Part shown: positions 23,801 through 34,313 of the stretch, in pieces | Layout: each line of letters starts with the position of its first letter | How positions within the stretch are numbered: the first letter of the stretch is position 1 | Origin: Macrostomum hystrix | Lineage: Eukaryota; Animalia; Platyhelminthes | Assembly (NCBI GenBank): GCA_950097015.1 | Contig: CATNEN010000006.1 | Span: forward strand, 62,001 to 126,000 | Direction of reading: 5' to 3' | Length of the DNA: 64,000 nt | Notes under the pieces: model-generated | Told to the model about the DNA's origin: nothing | Seen by the model: the letters and a program-made list of their open reading frames with translations, nothing else | Databases searched by the model: none | Translations under genes and position numbers: made by a program

Positions 23801-26350
23801 ATGATTCAAACTCTGGTTTAGCCATGATTCAGACCCTGGTTTAGCCATGATTTAAACTCTGGTTTAGCCATGATTCTAACTCTGGTTTAGCCATGATTCT
23901 AACTCTGGTTTAGCCATGATTCAGACTCTGGTTTAGCCATGATTTAAACTCTGTTTTAGCCATGATTCAGACCCTGGTTTAGCCATGATTCAAACTCTGG
24001 TTTAGCCATGATTCAGACTCTGGTTTTGCCATGATTCAGACTCTGGTTTAGCCATGATTCAGACTCTGGTTTAGCCATGATTCAGACGCTGGTTTAGCCA
24101 TGATTCAGACTCTGGTTTAGCCATGATTCAAAATCTGGTTTAGCCATGATTCAAACTCTGGGTTAGCCATGATTCAAACTCTGGTTTAGCCATGATTCAG
24201 ACTCTGGTTTAGCCATGATGCAAACTCTGGTTTAGCCATGATTCAGACTCTGGTTTAGCCATGATTCAGACCCTGGTTTAGCCATGATTCAGACTCTGGT
24301 TTAGCCATGATGCAAACTCTGGTTTAGCCATGATTCAGACTCTGGTTTAGCCATGATTCAAACTCTGGTTTAGCCATGATTCAGACCCTGGTTTAGCCAT
24401 GATTCAAACTCTGGTTTAGCCATGATTCGGACTCTGGTTTAGCCATGATTCAAACTCAGGTTTAGCTATGATTCAGACTCTATTTTAGCCATGATTCAGA
24501 CTCTAGTTTAGCCACGATTCAGACTCTGGTTTAGCCATGATTCAGACTCTATTTTAGCCATGATTCAGACTATGGTTTAGCCATGATTCAGACTCCAGTT
24601 TTGCCATGATTCAGACTATGGTTTAGCCATGATTCAGACTCTATTTTAGGCATGATTCAGACTCTGGTTTAGCTATGATTCAGACTCCAGTTTTGCCATG
24701 ATTCAGACTCTGGTTTAGCCATGATTCAGACTCTAGTTTAGCCATGATTCAAGATCTGGTTTAGCCATGATTCAAACTCTGGTTTAGCCATGATTCAAAC
24801 TCTGGTTTAGCCATGATTCAAACTCTGGTTTAGCCATGATTCAAACTCTATTTTTGCAATGATTCAAACTCAGGTGTGCTATGATTTATGATATTTTATT
24901 TACGAAATGAAAAAAATAAATTAAAATAGTCTTCAATCACTACTGGCTGAAAATTAGTCTAAAATGATTTGACGCAGTGCAGAATCGAACCCTAGCCTAG
25001 CCTATAACCTATTCCTAGTGCCTACACATCGGCTATTCCGACTGTTGGTTAGTGGGTGCAAAAATCAGCCTTATAAAATGAATTCTCAAAGTTCTGGCTT
25101 TGTACAATGAAGTGAGAAAATAGAGTACACTCAGTCTCGCGGTTGGTTGTGTACATTTATTTCCAATTTGTCTCCAGAGTGCAGGCTTTAAATTCAATCA
25201 GCTAGGGGTTGTTGCGCAATTTGACGATGCAATTCTAATTCAGTGGCAGTCAGTGAATGAAATTCTCAATAGGCCAAGATAGTTTGACCTTTGAAATGGT
25301 CAAAAAACATGTTTTTCGAATATTTAATCCCCTTAGCAATAAATTTTAGCTTAATAAAAATACGTGTAAAATTGTCCCCATATTTGGCATCTTTTAGTGA
25401 AGAAATGGTGAAAATCGGTTGAGCCGTTCGGGAGAAAATCAATTACAAGCAACCAACCAACCAAGCATTTCATTTTTAGTATAGTGGGGGGGGGGATGTC
25501 TAAAGCACTCTTGACAGATGCAAAGTACACTACTGTTGTGAGTAGAGTAACAATCTTTTACGCTAAAATAAAATTACTGAACATAGAGTAGAGAAAACGT
25601 AGATAGCTAAGTCGACTGCATTTCTGATTGATTGCGGTCTGCTACGATTCCCACTGCCGATTCTGCTACGAATCCAATTGTTATCCTGCTACGATTCCAA
25701 TTGTTATTCTGCTGCGATTCCAATTGGTATTCTGCTACGATTCCAATTGTTATTCTGTTACGATTCCAATTATTATTCTGCTACGATTCCAATTGTTATT
25801 CTGCTACGATTCCAATTGTTATTCTGCTACGATTCCAATTGTTATCCTGCTACGATTCCAATTGTTATTCTGCTACGATTCCAATTGTTATTCTGCTACG
25901 ATTCCAATTATTATTCTGCTACGATTCCAATTGTTATTCTGCTACGATTCCAATTGTTATTCTGCTACGATTCCAATTGTTATTCTGCTACGATTCCAAT
26001 TGTTATTCTGCTACGATTCCAATTGTTATTCTGCTACGATTCCAATTGTTATTCTGCTACGATTCCAATTGTTATTCTGCTACGATTCCAATTGTTATTC
26101 TGCTACGATTCCAACTGTTATTCTGCTACGATTCCAATTGTTATTCTGCTACGAATCCAACATGGATATTCGTGCTGGAAACAATAACAATCATCATATC
26201 GTTTCGATTAAATTTTATTTGCCCGTCGCTCTTGCACCTCCAGAGCCGAATGAGAGCGAATTCGATGACGAACAGCGCGAGCAGCTGGACGAGACGCGAT
26301 TCGGGGCGCCTAGTCCAGAACCACAGAGATCTGCGGGCTGGAGGCTCTGA
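17813..26350 (+). CDS. FAM161: FAM161A/B-like ciliary/centrosomal protein (UPF0564 domain), 7 exons, about 716 aa
   Basis: Phase-consistent exons 17813-18010, 18925-19221, 19297-20415, 21090-21259, 22006-22096, 22483-22651, 26244-26350. Family-like motifs: N-terminal TSHQIASITQSS, TVPRPFSMTLRE, RAKPAP, PDFDRLHRQF, TRPEPFRL, EYNEKLREL. Confidence 0.85.
20534..20880 (-). mobile_element. SINE family 1, full-length copy in FAM161 intron 3
   Basis: Same head, body and CCCTCCTGCA + ATT tail as the 14237 copy. Confidence 0.9.
21314..21964. repeat. 29-bp minisatellite (CTACTGTCAGTAGTGCAGAACTTACTATT)
   Basis: About 21 units in FAM161 intron 4. Each unit contains the palindrome CTACTG-T-CAGTAG. Confidence 0.95.
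22232..22415. repeat. 23-bp minisatellite (AGGAGAACGGAAATCCCTTATTT)
   Basis: Period 23 (22235, 22258, 22281, 22304), degenerating to the right. Confidence 0.9.
22770..23452. repeat. 18-bp minisatellite (GTTGACAATGATCCCCCA)
   Basis: Tandem units in FAM161 intron 6. Confidence 0.95.
23478..24885. repeat. 23-bp minisatellite (GCCATGATTCAGACTCTGGTTTA)
   Basis: About 60 units in FAM161 intron 6. Confidence 0.95.
24940..25484 (+). mobile_element. Putative non-autonomous Helitron/Helentron-like element (left boundary uncertain)
   Basis: 3' region AAATCGGTTGAGCCGTTCGGGAG...(CAAC)n...TCATTTTTAGTATAG resembles the ends of invertebrate non-autonomous rolling-circle elements. Recognised by pattern only. 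Confidence 0.35.
25640..26160. repeat. 23-bp minisatellite (CTACGATTCCAATTGTTATTCTG)
   Basis: About 22 units. The 23-aa ORF periodicity equals 3 units. Confidence 0.95.
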
Positions 26351-26454
26351 GCTGCTTGATCTAAACTTCGAGCTGTTTATTTCTACAACTTGGAGACTGA
26401 TAGGTATTGCGACTCTAAATAAGGATAGCAGAGTCTAACAAGGGAAAGCGGTGA

Positions 26455-26690
26455 CCCAGTGGAAGCTGTGGCGATCCAGGGGAATCTGAGGCGATCCAGG
26501 GGAAGCTGAGACGATCCAGGGGAAGCAGAGGCGATCCGGGGAAGCTGTGGCGATCCAGGGGAAGCAGTAGCGATCCAAGGGAAGCAGTAGCGATCCAGTG
26601 GAAGCAGTAGCGATCCAGTGGAAGCAGTAGCGATCCAGGGGAAGCTGAGACGATCCAGGGGAAGCAGTAGCGATCCAGGGGAAGCAGCGG
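26455..26690. repeat. 20-bp minisatellite (GCGATCCAGGGGAAGCAGTA)
   Basis: Period 20 (26571, 26591, 26611, 26631), downstream of the FAM161 stop. Confidence 0.9.
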
Positions 26691-27411
26691 AAACTTACGG
26701 AAGAATTAAATTAAAATTTGAAGTTTAGGCTACCTATCTGTCTCGAGACGGCCATTAATACAATCTGTATGTTTTTTTAAACTTACATTTTTTTCTGGTG
26801 AAAATGTACTATAATTCTTACTAGCATATTTCCGCACTGAATACTTCAAATAATTTCTGTTGTTTATTTGTGAGACTATAAACACTACCAATATTTCAGT
26901 TCACTCTGTCAGGTAAATATTGAACAACAAAACATGGAAAACAACATTTTCTAGATGTCTTTGCTTTCTATTCTATTTGATGCGTATAGTACTTTTCTGA
27001 TGCATTTACACAATGGACCAAATGCAGTGGAGTTCAACGGGATAAATTCTGTAGCTGTAAGTCTGTACCAAAGCAAGAAATCTTCATGTAACATACTACT
27101 AGATGAATGGCATTCAAGTAGTACACAAGGCACTCGGCTCAGGCATAAAAATTATCAACACATATGTATTGCTTCACCTGGCGTGATATGTGATTTACTC
27201 AAATATTCTGTTTTTCAGCCTGTTTACTAAGCCCATTAATTTCTTTGACAATAAACTAAGGACAAAAAATAATATCCATGCTCTTTTATGTTTAATCTGA
27301 GCAGCACATTTTGTCTCGTATCTTAAAAAAATCTTGTAGCTAATTTGATAATATTTGTCAATAAGTATTTTCATTGAAAGAAGGAGAACGTTAAAAAACT
27401 GTTTTAATAGC

Positions 27412-27933
27412 AATCAATCTCAGCCCACAGGTCTCTCAGCCCACAGGTCTCTCAGCCAACAGGTCTCTCAGCCCACAGGTCTCTCAGCCCACAGGTCTCT
27501 CAGCCCACAGATCTCTCAGCCCACAGGTCTCTCAGCCCACAGATCTCTCAGCCCACAGATCTCTCAGCCCACAGATCTCTCAGCCCACAGATCTCTCAGC
27601 CCACAGGTCTCTCAGCCCACAGGTCTCTCAGCCCACAGGTCTCTCAGCCCACAGATCTCTCAGCCCACAGATCTCTCAGCCCACAGGTCTCTCAGCCCAC
27701 AGGTCTCTCAGCCCACAGGTCTCTCAGCCCACAGGTCTCTCAGCCCACAGGTCTCTCAGCCCACAGGTCTCTCAGCCCACAGGTCTCTCAGCCCACAGGT
27801 CTCTCAGCCCACAGATCTCTCAGCCCACAGATCTCTCAGCCCACAGGTCTCTCAGCCCACAGGTCTCTCAGCCCACAGGTCTCTCAGCCCACAGGTCTCT
27901 TAGCCAACAGATCTCTCAGCCAACAGATCTCTC
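27412..27933. repeat. 16-bp satellite (CTCTCAGCCCACAG[G/A]T), left arm
   Basis: Same unit as 34314-41845, separated from it by the LINE insertion. Confidence 0.97.
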
Positions 27934-28026
27934 TTGACTTACTTGACTTAGCTGCAGGGGGCATCTTCCGGATGCAGCGGGGAGGCGTTGCCGCCCATTC
28001 CGCTAGCCCCTGGCGACCACGGGCAA

Positions 28027-31000
28027 CTAGAGCTGCGGTGTCGCGCAGGGGGATCCGGTGGTGCCGGCGTCCGCAGCGCGGTCCTCCTCCGGAGTGTCCA
28101 GGAGGTGGAGGGTTGCTCGCCCGGTGGCCCTCAGGTATCGGACGAGCTGGCAGATGTTCTCAGGCCTGAAAACGTCGGGGAGATCCGGGTTTGGGCCGAG
28201 ATAGGTGAGCCGGTCCTGAGTGAAGGCGGGGCAGTCGCAAATAAAATGCTCTGCATCCTCAACATAGGAGAGGCAGAAGGGGCATTCCTCACTGCGGATT
28301 TTGCCTTGCAGGAAGCGGTGCCTGGCGAAACAGCCATGGCCAGAGAGGGCCATGGTGACTGCCCTGATGTCCTTGCGGTTCAGTCCAAGCAAGGCTTTGC
28401 GAAGGGCAGTGGAGGGACAAGGGACAGCAGCGCGAGACTGCCGACAATCGGCGGTGTTGATCCATCTGTCCTTGTGCTTTGAGGTCACCCACTGGTTAAT
28501 CCGAGTGTTGACGACGGCGGTAGGGGTGGAGACCGCAGGCACGGGGCCAAAAAGCGAGCCCGTCGAACCGGCCTTGGCGAGGCTGTCGGCCAATTCGTTA
28601 CCAGGGTGGCCAGAGTGCCCTGGAATCCACCTTAGGGACACCTTGTTGTGGGTCCCTAAGCGGTTGAGTTGCGCGACGCAGTCGAGGACTGTGCGCGAGC
28701 AGGTGTGCGTGCGTCCAAGGGCATGGATCGCCGCCTGGCTGTCCGAGTGGAGGAAGATTTCCGCTCCATGGACGTTTTGGTTGATCAGCTCCAGGGCGCA
28801 GGAGCTGATGGCGAGAACTTCGTTCTGGAAGACGGTAGAGTTTATGCCGGTGTGCTGGGAGAAGGTCGCCAAAGTTTTCCCTCCGGACATAATGCAGTAG
28901 CCGAAACCAGAGATCGAGTTGATTTGCGATCCGTCGGTGAAGCAGTGAATTTCACGGGGTTGGCCGTGGTCACGTACTTCCTGTCGAGGCGGAATGCTGG
29001 TTTTGAATTTTTGCGGTGGGCACAGCGTCGACGGGATTCCGTCGGAGAGAATTTTGAGACCTCCTGCTGCGTCCAGGTCCCGTAGGCTGAGGTCGCCATG
29101 GGGCTGGAGGTTCCGCTTGCTGAAGGCAAGTTGCTTCCGGATGGAGATACCCGCGTCCAGAAGACGACGAGCCGTCTTCATCGCCTCCCCCTTGATAAAA
29201 AGATCTAAAGGGGGAAGGTCCAGGAAGGCATTCATGCCAGCGAAGGGAGTGGAGGGTGCCGCACTCATGATGGCTCGACAAGCACGGCCCTGCACCTTGT
29301 TTAGGGCCTCCAGGACCCCTTTGGTCTCCAGGGCACTATTCCAAATGAAGCCGGCAAAAGAGATGGCCGGTCTTACAATGGTAGTGTAAATCCACCAGAG
29401 ACGGCGGGGGGTGAGGCCCCAGGTGGCGCCGAAGGCTCTGCGAATCTGCGCGAGCGTCGCAAGAGCTTTACGGGTTTTGAATTTGACGTGAGGTGTCCAG
29501 CTCAACCTGTGGTCGAGGATGACACCTAAGCATCTGGTTTGCTTCTCCATGGCGATTGGTTTGTCATAGAGAAGGAGAGGCTCAATCCTCCAGTTTCGTT
29601 TGCTGGTGAACATAATGGCGACGGTCTTGGACTCAGAGAGTTTGAGGCCGCAGCCATTGGCCCAGCGTTCGGCACGGTGGATGAAAGCTTGCAGAAGGTC
29701 TCTAAGGACCGGGGGAGACGGTCCGGCCACGGTGGCGGTGACGTCGTCAGCATAGCCGATTTTTTGGACCGGGTCCGGGTCAGGGCTGCAGAGCAGTTCG
29801 TCCATGACAAGGTTCCAAAGGATCGGACTGAGAACGCCACCCTGCGGGCCTCCCTTCTGGACATTCACAGAACGGGAGTGTCCAAGCAGGTGCGAGGTGG
29901 CAGTTCGGTGAGAGATCATATACATGATCCAGCGGGTGAGGTGCTCGTGCGTAGCCCGGCGTTCCAGGGCTCGCCTAAAGGCTCCGAAGAGCACATTGTC
30001 GAAGGCACCATCAATGTCGAGGAAAAGCGAGAGAGCAAAACCGGTGCCAAGCACGGCGCGCTCCAGCTTGTCGACGATGGCATGCAGAGCACTTTCGATG
30101 GAACGTCCGGATCGAAAGGCGTGCTGGTTGGCGGAGAGCGGGGAGTTCCTCAGCTCAACGTGAAGGAGGCGCCAAAGAACAAGCCTTTCAAGCAGCTTAA
30201 GAAAGAAAGATGTTAAGCTGATGGGGCGGAAGGCTTTGGCGGAGTGGTAGTCTCCCTTCCCAGGTTTGGGGATGAAGACGATAGTGGCTTCCTGCCAAGA
30301 CCTGGGTACGTACCCGAGGGTGATACAGGCCTTGAACAGGTTGCAAAGGAGGCCGAGGAACCTGTCATTTTTTACCGCTTCATGTAGGAAGGCGGGGTAA
30401 ATGTTGTCAGGTCCAGGCGACTTAAAAGGCGAGAAGGAGTTAGCAGCGCGAGCTGTCCGTTCTCTAGTGATAATAGTTGTCGCAAGGATGTGCCCACCCG
30501 GAGTGTGGTCCGGCGGGTCCTGAAGCGGCGCAGTCTGGGGGAAGGCGCTGGCGAGCATGATGTCCAGCGATTCGCCAGGATTCTCAGCAAGCCGGCCGTC
30601 CGGTCTTTTGATCACTGAGAGCTTCGACATTTTGTCAAGAGTGAGCGCTTTTACAACGCGAGAAGTTGGGCGGGCGCCCTCCAGCTCGGAGCAGTATTGG
30701 CGCCACTTTTCGGACTTCGCTTTCCTGGTGTCACGCTTAAAGTCACGAATCGCATTCTGGTAGGCGGTCAGGTCAGCTTGGTCCTTGCTTTTCCGCGCAA
30801 TCCGCTGGAGGGATTTGGCCTTTCGCCGGAGGGTTCCAAGCGCTGGGTTCCACCAGGGAGCGGATTTTTTGCCTTTGTAGGCTTTAAGAGGGCAAGAGGT
30901 TTCATGAGCTGTCAAGATGGTCATGCTGAGTAGATCAGCCAGATCGTCCACTTCTTGACAGGTGGCAGGAACAACGGATTCTAACTGGTTGGTCTGGCGC

Positions 31001-31731
31001 TTCACGGATTCCGCAAAGGCCGTCCAGTCAGTATTCCGGGCGTTCCTTTTCCACAGAATACCAGGCTTGGAGTAGGAGCTTAGCAACCGGAAACGAATGA
31101 AGCGATGGTCAGACAGAGATTCCTCTTCGTCCCACACCTGCCAGTTCCTAATCAGAGGGATCAGGCCCTGAGAGGCGAGGGTGGCGTCAAGGACCTCCGT
31201 CCATCGTCCATTGTCAAAGGTGGGTGTGCCACCCGAGTTGCAGAACTCAATATTGGTGGTGCAGATGTAGGCAAGGAGATCCTCGCCTCTGCAGTTGGAG
31301 GTAACACTGCCCCAGTGGGTGTGGTGGGCATTTATGTCGCCTGCCACCAGCAGCTCAAAGTCGCGGTCTGAGCAGTAGTCCACGAGGGAAGTGAGACTGG
31401 GCGGAACCGCAGGACCGTCGCCAGGAATGTATATAGAGGCGATGATGACGGTGCGGTTCGGGAGAATGTGGTTGGTTTGGATGACACAGAGGTCTTTGTC
31501 AGAGAGGTCTGGTCTATACCAAGCTTTTAGATCGGTAGTCGCGAACACAGCAGCCCTGGGGTTTTGGGGCATGAAAAAACAGTCAAAACCAGCAGGAATG
31601 TTCGGAATCTTACCTTTCTTCGTCCAGGGCTCTTGGAGGAGGATGATGCCCGGTTTTTCGAAGTCCACCACACGCGCCAGGTTGGTCGAGGCCGCGATGC
31701 AGTGGTGCAGGTTCAGCTGCAGGAAGCTCAC
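28027..31731 (-). CDS. LINE ORF2: APE endonuclease, reverse transcriptase, RNase H and C-terminal CCHC
   Basis: 1234 uninterrupted codons. APE motifs [32 protein letters not shown] motifs [18 protein letters not shown]. RNase H motifs FTDGS, SDSQ, WIPGHSG..GNELAD. Zinc finger CPFC...HFICDC. The first codon is GTG, with no ATG ahead of the APE motifs. Confidence 0.95.
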   Translation of the reverse strand: MSFLQLNLHHCIAASTNLARVVDFEKPGIILLQEPWTKKGKIPNIPAGFDCFFMPQNPRAAVFATTDLKAWYRPDLSDKDLCVIQTNHILPNRTVIIASIYIPGDGPAVPPSLTSLVDYCSDRDFELLVAGDINAHHTHWGSVTSNCRGEDLLAYICTTNIEFCNSGGTPTFDNGRWTEVLDATLASQGLIPLIRNWQVWDEEESLSDHRFIRFRLLSSYSKPGILWKRNARNTDWTAFAESVKRQTNQLESVVPATCQEVDDLADLLSMTILTAHETSCPLKAYKGKKSAPWWNPALGTLRRKAKSLQRIARKSKDQADLTAYQNAIRDFKRDTRKAKSEKWRQYCSELEGARPTSRVVKALTLDKMSKLSVIKRPDGRLAENPGESLDIMLASAFPQTAPLQDPPDHTPGGHILATTIITRERTARAANSFSPFKSPGPDNIYPAFLHEAVKNDRFLGLLCNLFKACITLGYVPRSWQEATIVFIPKPGKGDYHSAKAFRPISLTSFFLKLLERLVLWRLLHVELRNSPLSANQHAFRSGRSIESALHAIVDKLERAVLGTGFALSLFLDIDGAFDNVLFGAFRRALERRATHEHLTRWIMYMISHRTATSHLLGHSRSVNVQKGGPQGGVLSPILWNLVMDELLCSPDPDPVQKIGYADDVTATVAGPSPPVLRDLLQAFIHRAERWANGCGLKLSESKTVAIMFTSKRNWRIEPLLLYDKPIAMEKQTRCLGVILDHRLSWTPHVKFKTRKALATLAQIRRAFGATWGLTPRRLWWIYTTIVRPAISFAGFIWNSALETKGVLEALNKVQGRACRAIMSAAPSTPFAGMNAFLDLPPLDLFIKGEAMKTARRLLDAGISIRKQLAFSKRNLQPHGDLSLRDLDAAGGLKILSDGIPSTLCPPQKFKTSIPPRQEVRDHGQPREIHCFTDGSQINSISGFGYCIMSGGKTLATFSQHTGINSTVFQNEVLAISSCALELINQNVHGAEIFLHSDSQAAIHALGRTHTCSRTVLDCVAQLNRLGTHNKVSLRWIPGHSGHPGNELADSLAKAGSTGSLFGPVPAVSTPTAVVNTRINQWVTSKHKDRWINTADCRQSRAAVPCPSTALRKALLGLNRKDIRAVTMALSGHGCFARHRFLQGKIRSEECPFCLSYVEDAEHFICDCPAFTQDRLTYLGPNPDLPDVFRPENICQLVRYLRATGRATLHLLDTPEEDRAADAGTTGSPCATPQL

Positions 31732-31766
31732 CCCAGGAGGGGCGGTCCGTGCGGCTATCTGCTGGC

Positions 31767-33255
31767 CTACGGCGAGTTGTTCAGGAGCGATTCCTCGTCC
31801 TCGCCGGTGTTTTGCCCGAGCTCCATCGGTTCCTCCTGAATCGGATCCAGAGTTGAGGCCGGGGCTGCCGCAACAGCGGCGTCCGTGTCCTCAACCCGGT
31901 TTTCCGCTGGGGGTTCCGATGAAACATTGGGCCGGGTGGTGCTGCGGTGGCGTCCACTGTTGGGGTCCGACAGCTGTCTGGCGCGCTGAGTCAAGCCAGC
32001 ACGGATGGTGTTACGGGCGGGTTTCCGGCCCTTACCACGTCCGCCTGTCGTTGCGGCTCGCGCGGCTTTGCCCCTGATAGGGTCCGCATCCTCGGAGTGG
32101 TCGTGACGATCAGGAGTCTGTGTTCCAGGGCGCAGGGGCCCGGCAGAGCTCTGGTTCGTCCGTTTCCGCTTTTCCGGGGGCGGCGGGCGAGTGGCGTCGG
32201 ACTCGAAGCTGAAAATCTGCATTCGAGTGAGGCCTGCACTGATGTAGGACATGTCTGGGCAGCGGAGCATCCAGCTGTCCGACAATCCTAGGATGGCCGT
32301 GAAACCGTCTCCACCAGGTCTGGTGATGGTTTCATGAACCACGACACCGTTTTGCTGGCAGATCCGGGTGGATTGCCAACAGCAGGCGGCGCAGTTCTCC
32401 GGCGTTGGTGATGGCGCTGCGAGCTGGAATCCAAACACGATGACGGTGTGTCTGGGGGCGCTCGTCCTCCCTGTAGATAAACAGGTTGCCCATTTCCGTG
32501 CCCCAGTCGAAGGATTTCAGCATCTCGAGGAGTTGCTGTCCGGACTGGTTGTCGGCAGGCTGGACAATGAGGGCTTGGTCCTGGATGTCGGTCTTCAGGA
32601 CGTGCAGTACAGTGCCGCTCAGTGCCAGTTTGACCAGATGGGAGTCCAATCTGCGCCAGATCTGGTCGAGTTGCGCTGTTGTGAGGGGCGTCTCCTGGCC
32701 TCGGATAACCAAGGCCGGCTGCCTCTTTGCCATAGCAGCGTAAGTGCGCTTTGGCCTTGTGGTTTGGCCGGCGCCTCCCGCAACGGGCCCCCCAGCAGTC
32801 GTCGGAGTTTCCGGATGACTGTGAGAGGTTCCGCCGCGAGAGGAACCGGATGCCCCAGAGGCCTGGGCGGCACTTTTCCGCGCTTCCGGGTTTCCCGGAC
32901 GGCGCGAGGAGTCCGCCTCCTTGTTGGGTGCCGGTTCCTCCGCGATGTTCGCAGAGTTGCCGGCCCCCTCCTCGGAGGCGGTGGTTGGCGCGGATTCGCA
33001 GCCAACCGTACTTCCTGTTTTTCGCCGCCGGAATTCCTGGAGGCGGGCGAGGCTGCGGGCTTGCGTGGAAGGGGAGCGTTTGCTCTTTGATCCAGCCGCT
33101 CTGGTGTTTTCCTGAGTGGCGGAGGAGCAGGATGAATTTTGGGCGCCGGTGGAACCGGTGTCGCCCTGGCGCTGGTCCTGAGGATCTGCGTCGCCGGCCG
33201 GGGTCGGCGTTTCAGCAGGGTCCTGGGACGTGCTGGAGCTGTAGTGGGACTCCAT
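31767..33255 (-). CDS. LINE ORF1 (gag-like, DUF4780-like central domain), interrupted by a 1-nt frameshift near 32350
   Basis: The ORF 33255-32332 and the frame 32438-31767 join into [20 protein letters not shown] if one T of TTTT at 32350-32353 is removed. A basic low-complexity N-terminus, an RTYAAMAK motif and a folded-looking central region are typical of LOA/R1-group ORF1. Confidence 0.7.
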
Positions 33256-33374
33256 AGGTCGCTGGAAAAAGAGAAAGAAGAGAATAAAAATAAAAACCGC
33301 TAATGGCCGGATAGACTCCCCGGACCTTTCAGCCCCTCAGCGCGGTGAGACCTTAGGCATAAGAGGACACCTAA

Positions 33375-34045
33375 AGCAGTGCCAGGCCCGCAGACTGGCT
33401 GCGTACCCTGTTGAGGTCGAAGGGTGACACCTGTCCCTCAGAGCCGTAGCCAGAGGTACCTGATCACGCACAGGTGCACGAGCGCTGCGGACTGGCCGCA
33501 TACCCTGTTAAGGTCAAAGGGTGACACCCTTCCCTCAGAGCCGTAGCCAGAGGTACCTGATCACGCACAGGTGCGCGAGACGCTGCGGACTGGCCGCATA
33601 CCCTGTTAAGGTCAAAGGGTGACACCTTTCCCTCAGAGCCGTAGCCAGAGGTACCTGATCACGCACAGGTGCACGAAAACTGCGGACTGGCCGCATACCC
33701 TGTTAAGGTCAAAGGGTGACACCTTTCCCTCAGAGCCGTAGCCAGAGGTACCTGATCACGCACAGGTGCGCGAGACGCTGCGGACTGGCCGCATACCCTG
33801 TCAAGGTCAAAGGGTAAACACCTCTCCCTCAGAGCCGTAGCCAGAGGTACCTGATCACGCACAGGTGCGCGAGACGCTGCGGACTGGCCGCATACCCTGT
33901 CAAGGTCAAAGGGTAAACACCTCTCCCTCAGAGCCGTAGCCAGAGGTACCTGATCACGCACAGGTGCACGAAAGCTGCGGACTCGCCGCATACCCTGTTA
34001 AGGTCAAAGGGTGACACCTTTCCCTCCAGCCAGGGCTAGAGGTAC
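33375..34045. repeat. 97-99-bp tandem monomers (about 6.5 copies) in the LINE 5' UTR
   Basis: GTAC anchor recurs at 33456, 33553, 33651, 33748, 33847, 33946 and 34042. Confidence 0.95.
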
Positions 34046-34313
34046 CCAGTTTGGCCAGAGGCCCTGGATGGGTCATCCAGCGCTGTTGCCCATTCTGTCC
34101 GGCTGCCCTAGGGTCAGCCTTGAACACTCGCGGGACGTGTACCCATGGGTCAGCTGACGGGACAGCGTGGAGGAATCCCTGCACCCGGAGGTACAGGGCT
34201 CCTTCCTGCCAGGCCTGCTCAAAAAACGACTGCAGGTGTGAGGCATCGCAGACCTTAGCCCGTAGGCCTGGTCTGACTCATACCACACAGGCATTGTGTC
34301 CCGCCGGTGCGAG

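Larger units (their letters stand above)
27934..34313 (-). mobile_element. Full-length non-LTR retrotransposon with RNase H (LOA-like clade), 6380 bp
   Basis: 13-bp TSD CAACAGATCTCTC at 27921-27933 and 34314-34326. Contains ORF1, ORF2, a (TAAGTCAAG)2 3' tail and a 5' UTR with tandem repeats. Confidence 0.93.

Noticed and set aside
24970-25045. tRNA gene
   Set aside because: A B-box is present, but no acceptor or anticodon stems fold. At most a tRNA-derived fragment.
28669-31371. Plus-strand ORFs (138-225 aa) antisense to LINE ORF2
   Set aside because: Shadow ORFs of a GC-rich coding strand with no recognisable motifs.
33375-34045. CRISPR-like or hammerhead/twister interpretation of the 97-99-bp repeats
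   Set aside because: Units are contiguous with no unique spacers, the context is eukaryotic with no cas genes, and catalytic cores could not be threaded on the sense strand.
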